A stretch of DNA of 64,000 nucleotides from an uncultured Gammaproteobacteria bacterium (GCA_963827755.1 CAWHCQ010000014.1:1-64000), one strand, 5' to 3'. Shown: positions 1 through 11,029, numbered from the stretch's first letter. Translations and numbers: made by a program. Notes: generated by a model from the sequence alone, not told the origin.

Positions 1-135
1 AACCGGAGAAATGGTTAATCATTTCAGACATGGAGGTAAGGCGGTAAAATGTCTGGACACATTGATGTCTTGAGGCTTTTCCCGTTTATAAACGTACACA
101 CTATCCCGGCAGCATTGTTCCTCGAATGAATTATC

Positions 136-1677
136 ATGCTTGAAGTGGCGATTGCCTCCGGTTCCCAGCTTGCTGCAGATGCAGGCGCACGCGTGGCACG
201 TGAAGGTGGAAATGCAGTTGATGCTGCCATCGCCGCGTCACTGGTTTCCTGCGTGGTCGAGCCAGGGGTCTGCTCGCTGGCTGCGAGTGGTTTTCTGACC
301 ATCTGGCCACCCGATGCCGCCCCGGTGATGGTGGACGGAGCCGCGGTCATGCCCGGCATGGAACTGCCGAAGAGCCGCTTCGGGCAAGCCACCGCGGAAG
401 TGTTGCTTGAGTATGGCGGTGGCGTGCGCACTACGGTGGGTTACGGCTCGGTGGCGGTTCCCGGTAATCTGGCCGCCTATGAACTAGCATCCGAGCGCTA
501 TGGTAATGTGCCATGGCGCGCGCTGATCGAACCTGCTTGGGAGATAGCGCGCGACGGCTTTCCCCTGTCGGAGGCTTCTTACCACTACCTGCAACTCACG
601 CACAAACCGATCTACGGCTGGAGCGAGCATGGTCTGGGGATATTTTGTGGTGCTGACGGCGAACTCTACAAGCCGGGCAGCACGATCCGCATTGAGCACC
701 TCGACGAAACCCTGCACAGCATAGCCGAGGACGGCGCGGATGTATTCTACCGCGGCGATCTGGCCGCACAGATCACTCGGTATATCGAGGCTCATGGCGG
801 CATTCTTACCCGTCAGGATATGGCAAGCTACAAGGCACGTCTGTTACCGACACTCGATGTGCAGGTGAATGACTGGACAGTGGCAACTGACTCACCGCCG
901 GCACTTGGTGGTGCGGTACTGGCGGCCATGCTGCTGCTGATGGGAGACCGACCTCAGGATATCTGGACGCCGGCAGAACTTGAATATCTGATTCGCGTCC
1001 AGGAGGCAGTGCTGAGCTTCCGCTACGACCACCTTGATGGCAGCGAGGACCTGCCGCGTGATGTACAGGACTTGCTCGAACAGGCTTCAGCGCAGGACTT
1101 ACGCCACTTTCTGTCATCGCCCTCGACCGTGCATGCCTCGGCCGTCGATTCTGCTGGCCTAGCCTGCTCGGTCACGGTGTCGGCGGGCTACGGGTCCGGG
1201 GTGATGCCACCGGGCACCGGCATCTTTATGAACAACAGCCTGGGTGAACTTGAATTGAACAGGCGCGGCCTGCATATGTGGGTTCCGGGCAGCCGCCTGC
1301 CATCCAATATGGCCCCGACCGTGGCACGCCACCGCGACGGCGGGGTGCTGGCTATCGGTTCACCCGGTGCCAGCCGTATTACAACGGCAATTCAGCAAAC
1401 CCTGCTTAATTTCATGCACCTGGGTGCACCACTGCAGGCGGCCGTGGATCATGCGCGGCTGCACGTAGAGGAAGCCGATGGTCATATGCAAGTCGCCTAC
1501 GAGGAGGCATTACCAGTGGATCAGCTGGATGTGCCGCAACGCATGTTTTCCGGCATCTCTATGTATTTTGGTGGCGTGAGTGCGGCGTTGTGGGACCCGC
1601 GGGAGGGCTTTGTTGTGGCTGCGGACCCGCGCCGTGCCGGGGGGACAGCATTCTCCGGCAAAGGGGGCTCTCGTTAG
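136..1677 (+). CDS. ggt: Gamma-glutamyltransferase (glutathione hydrolase-like, Ntn-hydrolase) family protein
   Basis: 513-aa ORF with GGNAVDAAIA, VVEP, SVAVPG, FYRG, catalytic Thr motif STVH, NNSLGE, SNMAPT, GSPGASRI and C-terminal ADPRRAG. No obvious signal peptide. Confidence 0.85.
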   Translation: MLEVAIASGSQLAADAGARVAREGGNAVDAAIAASLVSCVVEPGVCSLAASGFLTIWPPDAAPVMVDGAAVMPGMELPKSRFGQATAEVLLEYGGGVRTTVGYGSVAVPGNLAAYELASERYGNVPWRALIEPAWEIARDGFPLSEASYHYLQLTHKPIYGWSEHGLGIFCGADGELYKPGSTIRIEHLDETLHSIAEDGADVFYRGDLAAQITRYIEAHGGILTRQDMASYKARLLPTLDVQVNDWTVATDSPPALGGAVLAAMLLLMGDRPQDIWTPAELEYLIRVQEAVLSFRYDHLDGSEDLPRDVQDLLEQASAQDLRHFLSSPSTVHASAVDSAGLACSVTVSAGYGSGVMPPGTGIFMNNSLGELELNRRGLHMWVPGSRLPSNMAPTVARHRDGGVLAIGSPGASRITTAIQQTLLNFMHLGAPLQAAVDHARLHVEEADGHMQVAYEEALPVDQLDVPQRMFSGISMYFGGVSAALWDPREGFVVAADPRRAGGTAFSGKGGSR

Positions 1678-2492
1678 CCGCTTTAACGGAATTATAAAAC
1701 GAATGTCGTAGTTTGGCGTGCGCCGTGCAAAGGCGGCGTTTCTCAGTGGGTGCGAATCCCACCCGGCAATGTTGCTCCAGCCGGAAGCAATCGGAGCAGT
1801 CATGGAGGTAACGAAGTGGCTGAAGCCTCTGGTGTAGAGGGTCACTAGGTGACTTGGCGAGTGTGCAGGCCGTAACGTGAGTGAACGCTGAGCAATCCTC
1901 GAAAAGGACGTTGCACAGGCCGACCTGTCCGCCAATGCGGGGAAGGCTGATAGGACTGGGAGAAATGAGCAAGGCAGTGTCCCCAGTCACTGTGCCGGGG
2001 TAGTGGCGACAGCATGTACACAAGAGGGAAACGCACGCAACACGGGAAGCCCGATAGCGTGGTCGGTCGTGGCGACCAACCTGAGGCTGGTGACAGTCAG
2101 ATAGGGCGCTATGGGGTGGCGGAAAGGCCCGTAGTACCGGGGAAGCCGGGTAATGCCGGTGGAGGAAAGGGGCCTTAGTTCAAGACGGGCGCTGAAAGTG
2201 GCAAAGCACGGGAGATTGGGGCAACCCTAGGAAACTCCTGAAATGTGTGCAAGCGCTGCGGAAGGTGCCACATGCTGAAGCGAAGGAAGAACCCGGATTG
2301 CGATCCGGGAAGCGAATGACCACCCAGGTGGTGGCATTGGCGGTTATGTGCAGAACGCTCGGTCGATGTACGCCGGGGTACACGGCCCTGTGCTGTGGTC
2401 GGGTGAACTGCGTATGACCTTTCGTGTGCAAAGGCATGCTGTCTTGTCCGAGAGCCGGATGCGGGAAATCTGCATGTCCGGTTCGATGAGGA

Positions 2493-4428
2493 TTGCGCCT
2501 TGCAAGCGCATGAAATCCAGCAGCCTGAAATGGCTGCCCTGACAAAGCCTAGCCAGCAGTCAGGTACCGAGTCTTGCGTGGTGTCCGGTAACGGCCACTG
2601 CGAAGCGTAGACAGGGAGACTGTAGGCCGAAACGAAAGTGAACGGAAAGATAGCCCCGAAATCGAACGTGGTTGAAGTGGCCGACCTTATTCCTCTATGG
2701 GGAAGGCGGAATTCCAGGATACGCATTGGCGAGTGTTCTGGAGTGCTTCCGGGGTTCGTACCGTCGGCATGCAGTCGAGGGATTTCATGTGAACAAGGGA
2801 GATCCGTCAGGTTCAAGCGGAGCTTGTAGGGTCGGACAAGCTGACAAAGCGAGGAAGATCCGATGGCCTGACGGAAGTCAGACTGGCTGATAGTACTCTG
2901 AGGTCGGGAGAGCCGATCACATGGGGAAGCGGCCAGCAGAAGTTGAATCGTTCTTGGGCAACATGGGCTCCATTCAATGGGAGATTACGGCCCTCTATAC
3001 AAAGAGAGGATAAACCAGTCATGGAAACGGGACTTGAACGAATAGCAGCGAAAGCTCGGAGTGAACCAAAGCAGCGATTTACGTCATTGGCCCATCATGT
3101 CACGCGGGAGCGGGTGTGGGAGAATCTGTGTCAGATTTCAAACCACTCGGCCCCGGGTTGTGATGGCCAGACGGTAGTGGAGGCGAAGGAGGAGTTCGAC
3201 GTATGGATTGAGCCGATGCTTCAATCTGTGCACCGCCGGGGATATCAGGCACCGCCTATCCGGCGGGTCTACATTCCGAAGCCCGGCAAACAGGAGAAAC
3301 GTCCCTTGGGCGTGCCCTGTGTCACCGATCGGGCGCTCCAGCGCAGTACCGCTCAGGTGCTGTCCGCCATCTACGAGCAGGAGTTCTTGTCCTGTTCCTT
3401 TGGTGGTCGGCCCGGGTTAAGTGCCCATCATGCTTTGGCAACCCTGAATGAGGTGATTGCCGGGCGCAAGGTGGGCTGGGTGCTGGAGGCGGATCTGAAG
3501 AACTTCTTTGGCAGTTTAGATCATGGATGGCTACTGCGCTTTGTGGAACACCGAGTCGGAGATCCGCGCGTAATCAGCCTGATACGACGTTGGCTGAAGG
3601 CAGGTATTCTGGAAGATGGAGAATTGCATCCCAACGAAGAGGGGACGCCGCAAGGGGGTTCGATCAGCGTCTTGCTGAGCAACCTGTACCTGCACTATGT
3701 GCTTGACCTGTGGTTTGAGCAAGTGGTCAAGCCGCGTTTAAAGGGTGAGGCCTATTTGGTGCGGTATATTGATGACTTTGTGGTGTGTTTCCAATATCGG
3801 GCGGATGCCCTTCGCATGCAGAATGCCCTGCGCAAGCGACTGGGGAAGTTTGGACTGGAACTGGAACCGACGAAGACAAAACTCGTTGAATTTGGTCGCT
3901 TTGCTCAACGGCATGCGAGCAAGCGAGGGAGAAGGCGCCCGGAGACGATCTACTTTCTGGGTTTTACCCTCTATTGCACGCAAAACCGAAAGGGCAACTT
4001 CAAGGTGGGCTGCGCACCGAGAAGTCTCGGCTTCAGCGTAGCTTGCCAACCTGCGCGACCTGATGCGGCGAATGCGTCATCTGAAGCTTCAGGAACAGGT
4101 CATCAATCTGAACCGGGTCTTGCGTGGTCACTATGCCTACTATGGCATTGCCGGTAACCTGCGTGCCTTGCAGAAAGTGCATCGGTTCGTGATGCGTTAC
4201 TGGCGAAAGATGCTTAGCAGTCGAAGTCGCAAGGGTTATGTGACGTGGGAAGCTTTCCAGGGTATATCAGCGCGGTATCCGTTACAGCAACCAAAGCTGA
4301 GGCTTCCTTATCGGGAGTTTCAGTTACTTGCCGTGCTGTGAAGCAATCTCTGAAGAGCGTAGTGCCGGAAATCGGCACGCTACGTTCTGTGGGAGCCGGA
4401 AGCGGGTGACTGCTTCCGGCGACCCGGT
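2493..4428 (+). mobile_element. Inner group II intron encoding RT/maturase
   Basis: 5' end TTGCG at 2493. EBS1-like TCCTC (2691-2695) is complementary to upstream GAGGA (2488-2492). Domain V GAGCGTAGTGCCGGAAATCGGCACGCTACGTTC at ~4355-4387, then domain VI hairpin CCGGAAGC...GCTTCCGG, ending GACCCGGT at 4428. Confidence 0.85.
3021..4341 (+). CDS. ltrA: Group II intron reverse transcriptase/maturase, no endonuclease domain; frameshifted near 4010-4050
   Basis: Motifs APGCDG, RRVYIPKPGK, RPLGVP, DRALQ, SFGGRPG, ADLKNFF, GTPQGGSISVLLSNLYLH, RYIDD, FLGF. Domain X (LNRVLRGHYAYYG) continues in ORF 4063-4341. Two apparent 1-nt deletions separate the parts; these could be sequence errors or real inactivation. 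Confidence 0.9.
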
Positions 4429-4820
4429 GGATGTGGAAACGGAGTGATGGTTCGGCTATTGAGGCACCGCCAGACGAAAGGGGCGGCAACAGATAGGCTG
4501 AACCTTAGACCACCGCGCCACATCTTTACTCTACCGAAGGTACGCGTTTACTGTTTCAGTCAGCAACCAGGATTCAAGAGATCAGGAACGGCAAGTTTCT
4601 GCTCTAAACAGGACGTTTAGTCGAATCTAATATAAACAATCACTTAATGACAACTGTCGACCCAAATAAGAAGTTCAGCATCTTGAATTGTATGTCTGAG
4701 ATTGCGGCGAAAGCTGACGTTAGCAGAATGATAACGGACTGAGGGCTGGCAATCAGCGGGAATCGCGACGGGGGAGTCAGTGATGCAGCTGTGAGAATGC
4801 GCCCACGACGGCTGGGGGCG

Positions 4821-4886
4821 TGCAGCACCTGTGGTGCGGCCAGCATGGAAGATCTGGTAGTCATCGAGAAGACACTCACGCACCTG
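4821..4886 (+). pseudogene. Possible remnant of an IS91/ISCR-type transposase C-terminus
   Basis: Translates CSTCGAASMEDLVVIEKTLTHL, resembling the CxxCGG...IEDPxVIEKILxHL C-terminal motif of IS91-family transposases. Short and degenerate. Confidence 0.4.
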
Positions 4887-5035
4887 ACTGAAAAATGCCT
4901 ACCCATATTATCCCACTCTTGTTCAAAAGACGGGTACCGCCACACCAAAAGTAAGCGCTTTAGGCGAGCGCGTCTGTAGCAGTTGTTGTCGTTGGACTAG
5001 TATTTTTGCGCTAAATGGTTCACCATTGTTTCGAG

Positions 5036-5761
5036 ATGAGCATTCCAAATTTGTCAAAAACCATTTTAGCCCGAATTGGATTACTAGGCTGTTACACTTG
5101 CCCAATCTGCGGTGAAAGCGGTAGATTTGAAAAATTTTTGGGACGCGAACATGCACGCTGTTGGCACTGCGGCTCTCTTGAGCGCCACCGAGGCCAGTAC
5201 ATTGTGCTTCAGGAATGTTTGAAGAATTTTAGTCCCACAGATTCAGCGGCTATTCAGTTCGCGCCTGATGCGATGACGCCATTTCTTCGCCAGTACTTTC
5301 AAAATTTTAAGACCGCAGATCTTTATCGTGATGACGTTGACCTCAATCTTGATTTGAGGAGTTTGGCGCTTGATGATGAGTCCTATGACTTTTTGTTCGC
5401 CTCTCATGTTATGGAACACGTCGATGATGACATGGCGGCCCTCAATGAAATCTACAGGGTACTAAAGCCGGGCGGATTGGCTATATTAGCGGTTCCCTTT
5501 AGGTCAGGGAAAACTATCGAATACCCGGAGCCAGTTCCTACTGAACATTACCATGTGCGTATGCCAGGGATGGATTATTTTGATCGGTATAGAGAAGTAT
5601 TTGACGCAGTGACCTTGTATAGCTCTGACGACTTTCCAAATCGTATTCAGCCCTACGTATATGAAGACAGAACAGTGTTTCCTAGTGAGACCTCGCCCTA
5701 CCAACTGCCTGAGATAGGAAGCAAATTTCTTGAGATTGTGCCATGTTGCAGTAAACAATAG
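5036..5761 (+). CDS. Class I SAM-dependent methyltransferase-like protein with N-terminal Cys4 motif
   Basis: CPICG...CWHCGSLERHR, then FAPD, DLNLDLRSL, YDFLFASHVMEHVDDD, EIYRVLKPGG. More AT-rich than the flanking core genes. Start could be 5015 or 5036. Confidence 0.75.
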   Translation: MSIPNLSKTILARIGLLGCYTCPICGESGRFEKFLGREHARCWHCGSLERHRGQYIVLQECLKNFSPTDSAAIQFAPDAMTPFLRQYFQNFKTADLYRDDVDLNLDLRSLALDDESYDFLFASHVMEHVDDDMAALNEIYRVLKPGGLAILAVPFRSGKTIEYPEPVPTEHYHVRMPGMDYFDRYREVFDAVTLYSSDDFPNRIQPYVYEDRTVFPSETSPYQLPEIGSKFLEIVPCCSKQ

Positions 5762-6524
5762 AGAACTGTCGAAGCAGCGGCTGACAACTAACCCCAAAAA
5801 TCCCGCCTTAGTCAGTAGTTTCTATTTCTTAAGTTCGTGACCTGCTGCAAAATGATCGGCTTCAATCTACGTAGAACATTGATTTCCTTAGAACTCGTGC
5901 AGCTAACGTTGAACTCAATCAACTCACCCACACCAATGCTCATCGCATAGCCCGATATCTTACTGTACCTGAACGTCCGTTTTCAGTATTGCACGACGTT
6001 CAGGCCGGTATCCAGGAATGACAGGAGGTGGCCGACTCCTGTCTTCATCGGGCATTGCAACAATTGATTAGGGGCGAGCCAGGAACGGCAGGTTACCGAC
6101 CGTAACCGGAACTACATGAAATCCTTATATAAGATTTCGCTAACAGGCGGGAGTCGACCCAAGTCGGACCTTTAGTCTCTGCTTATATAATCAGCGGCTT
6201 AAAGGCAGATATTGACACGGATCCCGGTCATACAGTTTTACTCAAGTTTCAATAATCACATAAACGTCAAAAAACTACACAGAGTAGGTGATTTACTGCT
6301 GAGTTTTATTACGGATTGGTTAGCGTTCAGTGCCGATTTGTATTGAAAGCGCGTGACTTATGTTTAATATAAATAGTCTGATATTAGAGACAGAGATTTT
6401 ACATACACATTTCATTCGGCAGACATATTTAAATTAGCATCTATCCACAGTGACGCCGGGCAGAATCGTGATGAAGCCAGTATACGGTTCAGTTCTTATC
6501 ACCTAACTGCAAGAGGAAATCACG

Positions 6525-6878
6525 ATGAGTTTACGGCATACAATCAGCTACACCTGCGTTCTGTTGTTTACCGGAAAACTGTTTGGAAGCAACCTGGCAG
6601 CCAAGCAGGTTGCGGCTGAACACCAGGGCATGACGGGCGAGGACGAGCATGGTCACGGTGGCGGCTATCAAGGCAAGATCAGCAAATCGCTGACAAAGGA
6701 AGAACGACTGGCGCCGCCAAACGACATCTGCAAAGGTCTTAAGGCGGTTTCATTGATGATGTATGTCCGAGTTTGGCTGCCGGCTCAACCGATCGAGGCA
6801 TGTCATACACTGAGTGACCTCGTGCTGTACACAGAGCTAGCAGCCCAGGCACAAAACAGACAAATCATCTGCCCATGA
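6525..6878 (+). CDS. Small hypothetical protein or gene remnant
   Basis: 117-aa ORF preceded by an AGAGG RBS-like sequence, with a signal-peptide-like N-terminus and a His/Gly-rich patch. No recognisable domain. Confidence 0.3.
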   Translation: MSLRHTISYTCVLLFTGKLFGSNLAAKQVAAEHQGMTGEDEHGHGGGYQGKISKSLTKEERLAPPNDICKGLKAVSLMMYVRVWLPAQPIEACHTLSDLVLYTELAAQAQNRQIICP

Positions 6879-9427
6879 CACCCTTGTCCCTGGTCAAATC
6901 AGGCTGGTTCAGAATCACCTCTGTCATCGTTATTCTGTGCCTTGTCGTGCTGCTCGGTACGCCGCTTCTTGCCAGGTACCTGGCGCAACAATGGCTGCTG
7001 GAGAATGGCGGCGAGCAGGTCCGCTTTGAAGACATCGATTTTAACCTCTTTACCGGCAATCTGGTGCTGGAAGATCTCGAGGTGAAGGTTGATGAGGAAA
7101 CCACGCTGTCTTTTGATTATGTGGGTTTGGATCTGGCGTGGTGGCCCCTGCTGCGCCGGCAAATCGACGTGCAATCTGTGCAGTTGACCGGCTTCTATCT
7201 GGTTTTCGACAACCGGGAGCCGGAGGCGCGGCGGATTGGCGGCATTCGATTGCCCGGTGCCGCTCCTGACGGCGAACCCCCGACAAAAGCGCCGAGCGCC
7301 TGGCTGTCCGGTATCCAGACGTTGACCCTGCAGGACTTCCATCTCCTGATCCGGGACCGTAAGCTCGAACTGGATGTCGTCATGGACAGCCTGCGCCTCA
7401 CCAGGATGGCGCAATGGACACCGGAACAAGCGGCCATGCTCGAACTCGAGGGCAGCATCAATGATGCACCGGTTCGTGTGAATGGCCACCTGGCACCGTT
7501 TGCAAGCCAGCCCCGCTACGATCTGGAACTGTCGGTTAACAAGTTGCAGCTGGGCGCATTCGAGAAACTTGCTGCACCCATGATCGATCAGCTGTCCGGC
7601 CTGCTGTCCTATGCCGGCGAGCTGGTGCTGGAACAATCGGATGCCACGCTTACATTAAGCCACGCCGGCAAGACCGTGGTCGAGTCATTGCGCCTGGCCA
7701 TGAGCGAAACGGGGCTCGACACATCCATCGGCCAGTTTTCTCATAACGGTAAGCTGGCGTTCGAACAGTCCGGCGAGAACATTTCGCTTGAGCAGGACGG
7801 AGCCTTCAGCCTTGGTACCCTGGACCTCAGCGTCCGGCAGCCGGCCCTTGATGTTCAGAACGGCAAACTGGAGTTGACGGCGCGTCTCAAGTACTCCGAT
7901 TCCCCTGCCGGCGCCGAAATGCGCCTCGCTTCTGACCTTACCCTGGAAAACCTCGATGTCAGAGCGCGTGAGCGCAAAGTCAGCCTGGTCAGCGCCGAGG
8001 CATTGAGGATAGAGGAGCTCCTGTTCCAGGCCGTTGACCAGCTTTCGATCAAGACGATCAGCTCAGAGCAGATCCGTGTAGGCAAAGTGTCGGACGAGGA
8101 CGCAGAAAAACTGCAACCGCTTGCGCGCAGCGACAAGCTGCAGATTGAGGGGGTGTCGCGGGCCGGGAACCTGGTCGCTATCGACAGCGTGGCGTATGAG
8201 GGTTTCCATAACCGTATCGTTCGAGACAAAGATGGCAATTTGGATGTCGTGCTCTTTATCGACATGATCGAGAATATCAATGCCTCGCCTGCAACCACCA
8301 AACAAACTGATCAGGATGCGCTGAAAAAGGCGAGTGAGGAAGAGCAGGCGGAACCCGTCGACCTGGTGATCGGGAGCATCCGGGCTTCGGAGGGGAGCAG
8401 CGTCACCTTCGTCGATGACAGCGTAAAGCCGCCCTTTGCCTCGACCGTGACATTCAAGGAAATCTCGCTCGAGCAACTCGATACCCGTAAACCGGAGCAG
8501 GATAGCCCGTTGCAGCTGGAGGGAGCGATCGGCAAGCACACCAGGCTTTCGCTAAGTGGCGATGTGAAACCTTTCCTCAAGCCAGTGAGCATGAACCTGT
8601 CCGGACAAATACAGGCCATGGATCTGCCCGCGCTCTCCTCCTATACCTGGGAGAGCCTGGGCCTGATGTTGGACAGTGGCACGCTGGATGCCGATCTGAA
8701 GCTTGCCAGTAAGGACGAGGTCCTGGACGGCAAGGTAGACCTGCTGTTGCACCAGCTCAAGCTGGGCAAGGTCGAAAGCCAGTCCGGTCTGCAAAGCAAG
8801 ATACCAGTGCCGATGGATACCGCCCTGAATACCCTGCGCGACAAGAACAATACCATCAAGCTGACTATTCCCGTCGAGGGAAATATGGCGGATCCGAAGT
8901 TCGATGTCAGCGATGCCATCAACCAGGTTATGGCAAAAGCCCTCAAGGCAGGAGCGCTGGGTTATCTTAAGCATGCCCTGCAGCCCTATGGTGCAATAAT
9001 AACCGTAGCCCAGTATGCCGGCGAAGCCGCCACCAAGGTGCGGCTGAATCCCCTCGAATTCGAGGCAGGTCAGGCGACGTTGACCGCGACCGGCGAGGAG
9101 TACCTGGCGAAGGTCGCGAAAGTTATGCAGGAACGTCCTAAAATTGCTATCAAACTCTGTGGCATTACCGTGCAGCAGGATCAGTTGTTTTTTCAGCAGC
9201 AACAGCAGCAGGCTGCGGTTGCCGATAAATCCACCAGACAGTCACCTGCCCAACCTCCGGCAGTGGACGAGCAGAAACTCACCGATCTGGCCGTGGAGCG
9301 CGCGACTGTCGTCAAGGACTACCTGGTCGAGCGGCACCAGATATCGGCCAGCCGTTTGGTTGGCTGTCGGCCAATGAACGAAACCGACAAGCCAGACACG
9401 AAACCACGCACTGACCTGCTTATCTGA
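6875..9427 (+). CDS. DUF748 (AsmA-like) domain envelope protein with C-terminal OmpA-like region
   Basis: 850 aa. N-terminal TM helix, DFNLFTG motif, repeated beta-rich segments, LRDKNNTIKLTIPVEGNMADPKFDV, C-terminal LAVERATVVKDYLVE. Confidence 0.7.
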   Translation: MTPLSLVKSGWFRITSVIVILCLVVLLGTPLLARYLAQQWLLENGGEQVRFEDIDFNLFTGNLVLEDLEVKVDEETTLSFDYVGLDLAWWPLLRRQIDVQSVQLTGFYLVFDNREPEARRIGGIRLPGAAPDGEPPTKAPSAWLSGIQTLTLQDFHLLIRDRKLELDVVMDSLRLTRMAQWTPEQAAMLELEGSINDAPVRVNGHLAPFASQPRYDLELSVNKLQLGAFEKLAAPMIDQLSGLLSYAGELVLEQSDATLTLSHAGKTVVESLRLAMSETGLDTSIGQFSHNGKLAFEQSGENISLEQDGAFSLGTLDLSVRQPALDVQNGKLELTARLKYSDSPAGAEMRLASDLTLENLDVRARERKVSLVSAEALRIEELLFQAVDQLSIKTISSEQIRVGKVSDEDAEKLQPLARSDKLQIEGVSRAGNLVAIDSVAYEGFHNRIVRDKDGNLDVVLFIDMIENINASPATTKQTDQDALKKASEEEQAEPVDLVIGSIRASEGSSVTFVDDSVKPPFASTVTFKEISLEQLDTRKPEQDSPLQLEGAIGKHTRLSLSGDVKPFLKPVSMNLSGQIQAMDLPALSSYTWESLGLMLDSGTLDADLKLASKDEVLDGKVDLLLHQLKLGKVESQSGLQSKIPVPMDTALNTLRDKNNTIKLTIPVEGNMADPKFDVSDAINQVMAKALKAGALGYLKHALQPYGAIITVAQYAGEAATKVRLNPLEFEAGQATLTATGEEYLAKVAKVMQERPKIAIKLCGITVQQDQLFFQQQQQQAAVADKSTRQSPAQPPAVDEQKLTDLAVERATVVKDYLVERHQISASRLVGCRPMNETDKPDTKPRTDLLI

Positions 9428-9924
9428 TTGTCCTGTGTGTAAGCTGATAGGATTCTGTGAAGGTGTTGCTGGTGTAAAGTGCGAAGGAAGAAAGTAATTC
9501 GGTCGCTCGTTTCTGATTCGCGAATGGCAGGAGCTTGCCCGGTAAACGAAGTTCCAGCTGCAATGCATAAAGCCGGAAATTGTGCGCTCCTGTCCTGCAC
9601 AAGAAGAAGGGAAATGTCACTTTCTGGCCGAACTGAGACCTTTAAGCCTTAACCTGCTGTAATTTGGAGGCAAGGTCTCGAATCGACCCGACCCGGTAGT
9701 TCATCGTTTTAGGTCGAATGTCTGAAAGTATATCGGACATTAGCAGAATGCTAATATATTGAGCTTTGCTAAATTGCAGGAAGCGCGAGAGGGGTCAATG
9801 GTGCAGCCGTGGGAATGCGCTCGCGACAGCCATTATTCGGCTGGATTGTCTCGAGATGCTTGGGTTATGTTTCCTGTTAAGCGGCCTTGATGTGCGACAT
9901 CGCGGTAGTTTATATATACGACGC

Positions 9925-11029
9925 ATGAGCAATAAAATTATAACTGGTTTAATCGTGGCGCTGGTCTTGTCGATGGTTGCCACACCCGCCGTTGCCTATG
10001 AAATCAATGAGCAACTCTCGATCGGCGGCATCCTGGCCGGTGCCATCCAGTGCCAGGACCTGTCCGACACGCCGGGCTCGGGTAATAGCTGTAAGGGGGC
10101 AGTGCCCTTCCAGCCCGAGTTGAGTTTCCGGCCGACCGGGGCCGACGAGGTGTTTTTCAAACTCGGTGTCGCGGCCGGCAATGGGCTCAATAGAAACTCA
10201 CCGTTAGCGATAGCCCCCTGGGCGGCTGACCTGCAGGACGACGTCAAGGACATCAGCGGGCGCAACCGTAATTACCTGTTAACCGCCTGGTACAAACACA
10301 CCTTCACTGTCGGTGACGACCAGAGCCTCGGCACTACCCTGGGCATTATCGATGCCACCGACTATCTCGATGAAAACGCCTATGCCAATGACGAATACAC
10401 CCAGTTCATGAATGAGGTGCTGACTAACGGGTCGAATGTGTTCCTGCCGTCCTATGATTCCGGTGTTGCGCTGGAATGGTTTGCTGGCCCCTGGTCATTG
10501 CGCGGTGTGTTGATGGATGTTGGCGAAAACGATGATGGCAACCACTATACGTTCTATGGTTTGCAGGCCGGCTATAGTGTCAGTAACAGGCTGGGTGCCG
10601 GTAATTACCGGGTCATCATCACCGCTAGCAGCCAGGACTTCCTCAATCCGGCGGGTACCCACTGGAGGACCGCACCGCTGCGCTGGTTTCCGTTGACCAG
10701 GAATTTGGCAGGGTTGTCGGTGGCTGGATCGGGTTGGCTGGCAGACCGATGAGGCGGCGGTCGACTACGGGACGATTTATTCGGGTGGCGTTGATATCAA
10801 GGGTAGCGGCTGGGGCCGTGATGATGACAATATCGGAGTGGGTCTTGCGTACCTGAACGGAGGCAGTCTCAATATCGACAAATCCCGGGTGGCCGAGGCC
10901 TATTATCGCTGGCAGCTGGGTGAGTTCTTCGGGCTGACTGCAGACATTCAGTATCAGGATGATGACTATAGAGCCGGTCAGGGACCAGGAGGATGGACTT
11001 ACGGCCTGCGCGCCGCGGTCGAGTTCTGA
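9925..11029 (+). CDS. Outer-membrane porin (OprB/carbohydrate-porin-like), frameshifted near 10660 and 10735
   Basis: Signal peptide ending AVA-YE; IDATDYLDENAYANDEYTQFMN; C-terminal EAYYRWQL...TADIQY...YGLRAAVEF with terminal Phe. Reassembled from ORFs 9766-10752 and 10838-11029. Confidence 0.7.

Larger units (their letters stand above)
1718..4534 (+). mobile_element. Outer group II intron, ORF-deleted, interrupted by a second intron (twintron)
   Basis: 5' end GTGCG at 1718. EBS1-like GCCAA (1931-1935) is complementary to 5' exon TTGGC (1713-1717). Domain V GAGCCGGATGCGGGAAATCTGCATGTCCGGTTC at 2452-2484. Domain VI is split (2488-2492 plus 4429-4531) with a bulged A at 4528. 3' end AC at 4533-4534. 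Only short RT remnants remain (~2231-2303, ~2415-2437). Confidence 0.85.

Noticed and set aside
3021-4341. DGR, retron or defence-associated RT
   Set aside because: The RT has domain X and sits within clear group II intron RNA ends. No TR/VR pair, avd or msr-msd was seen.
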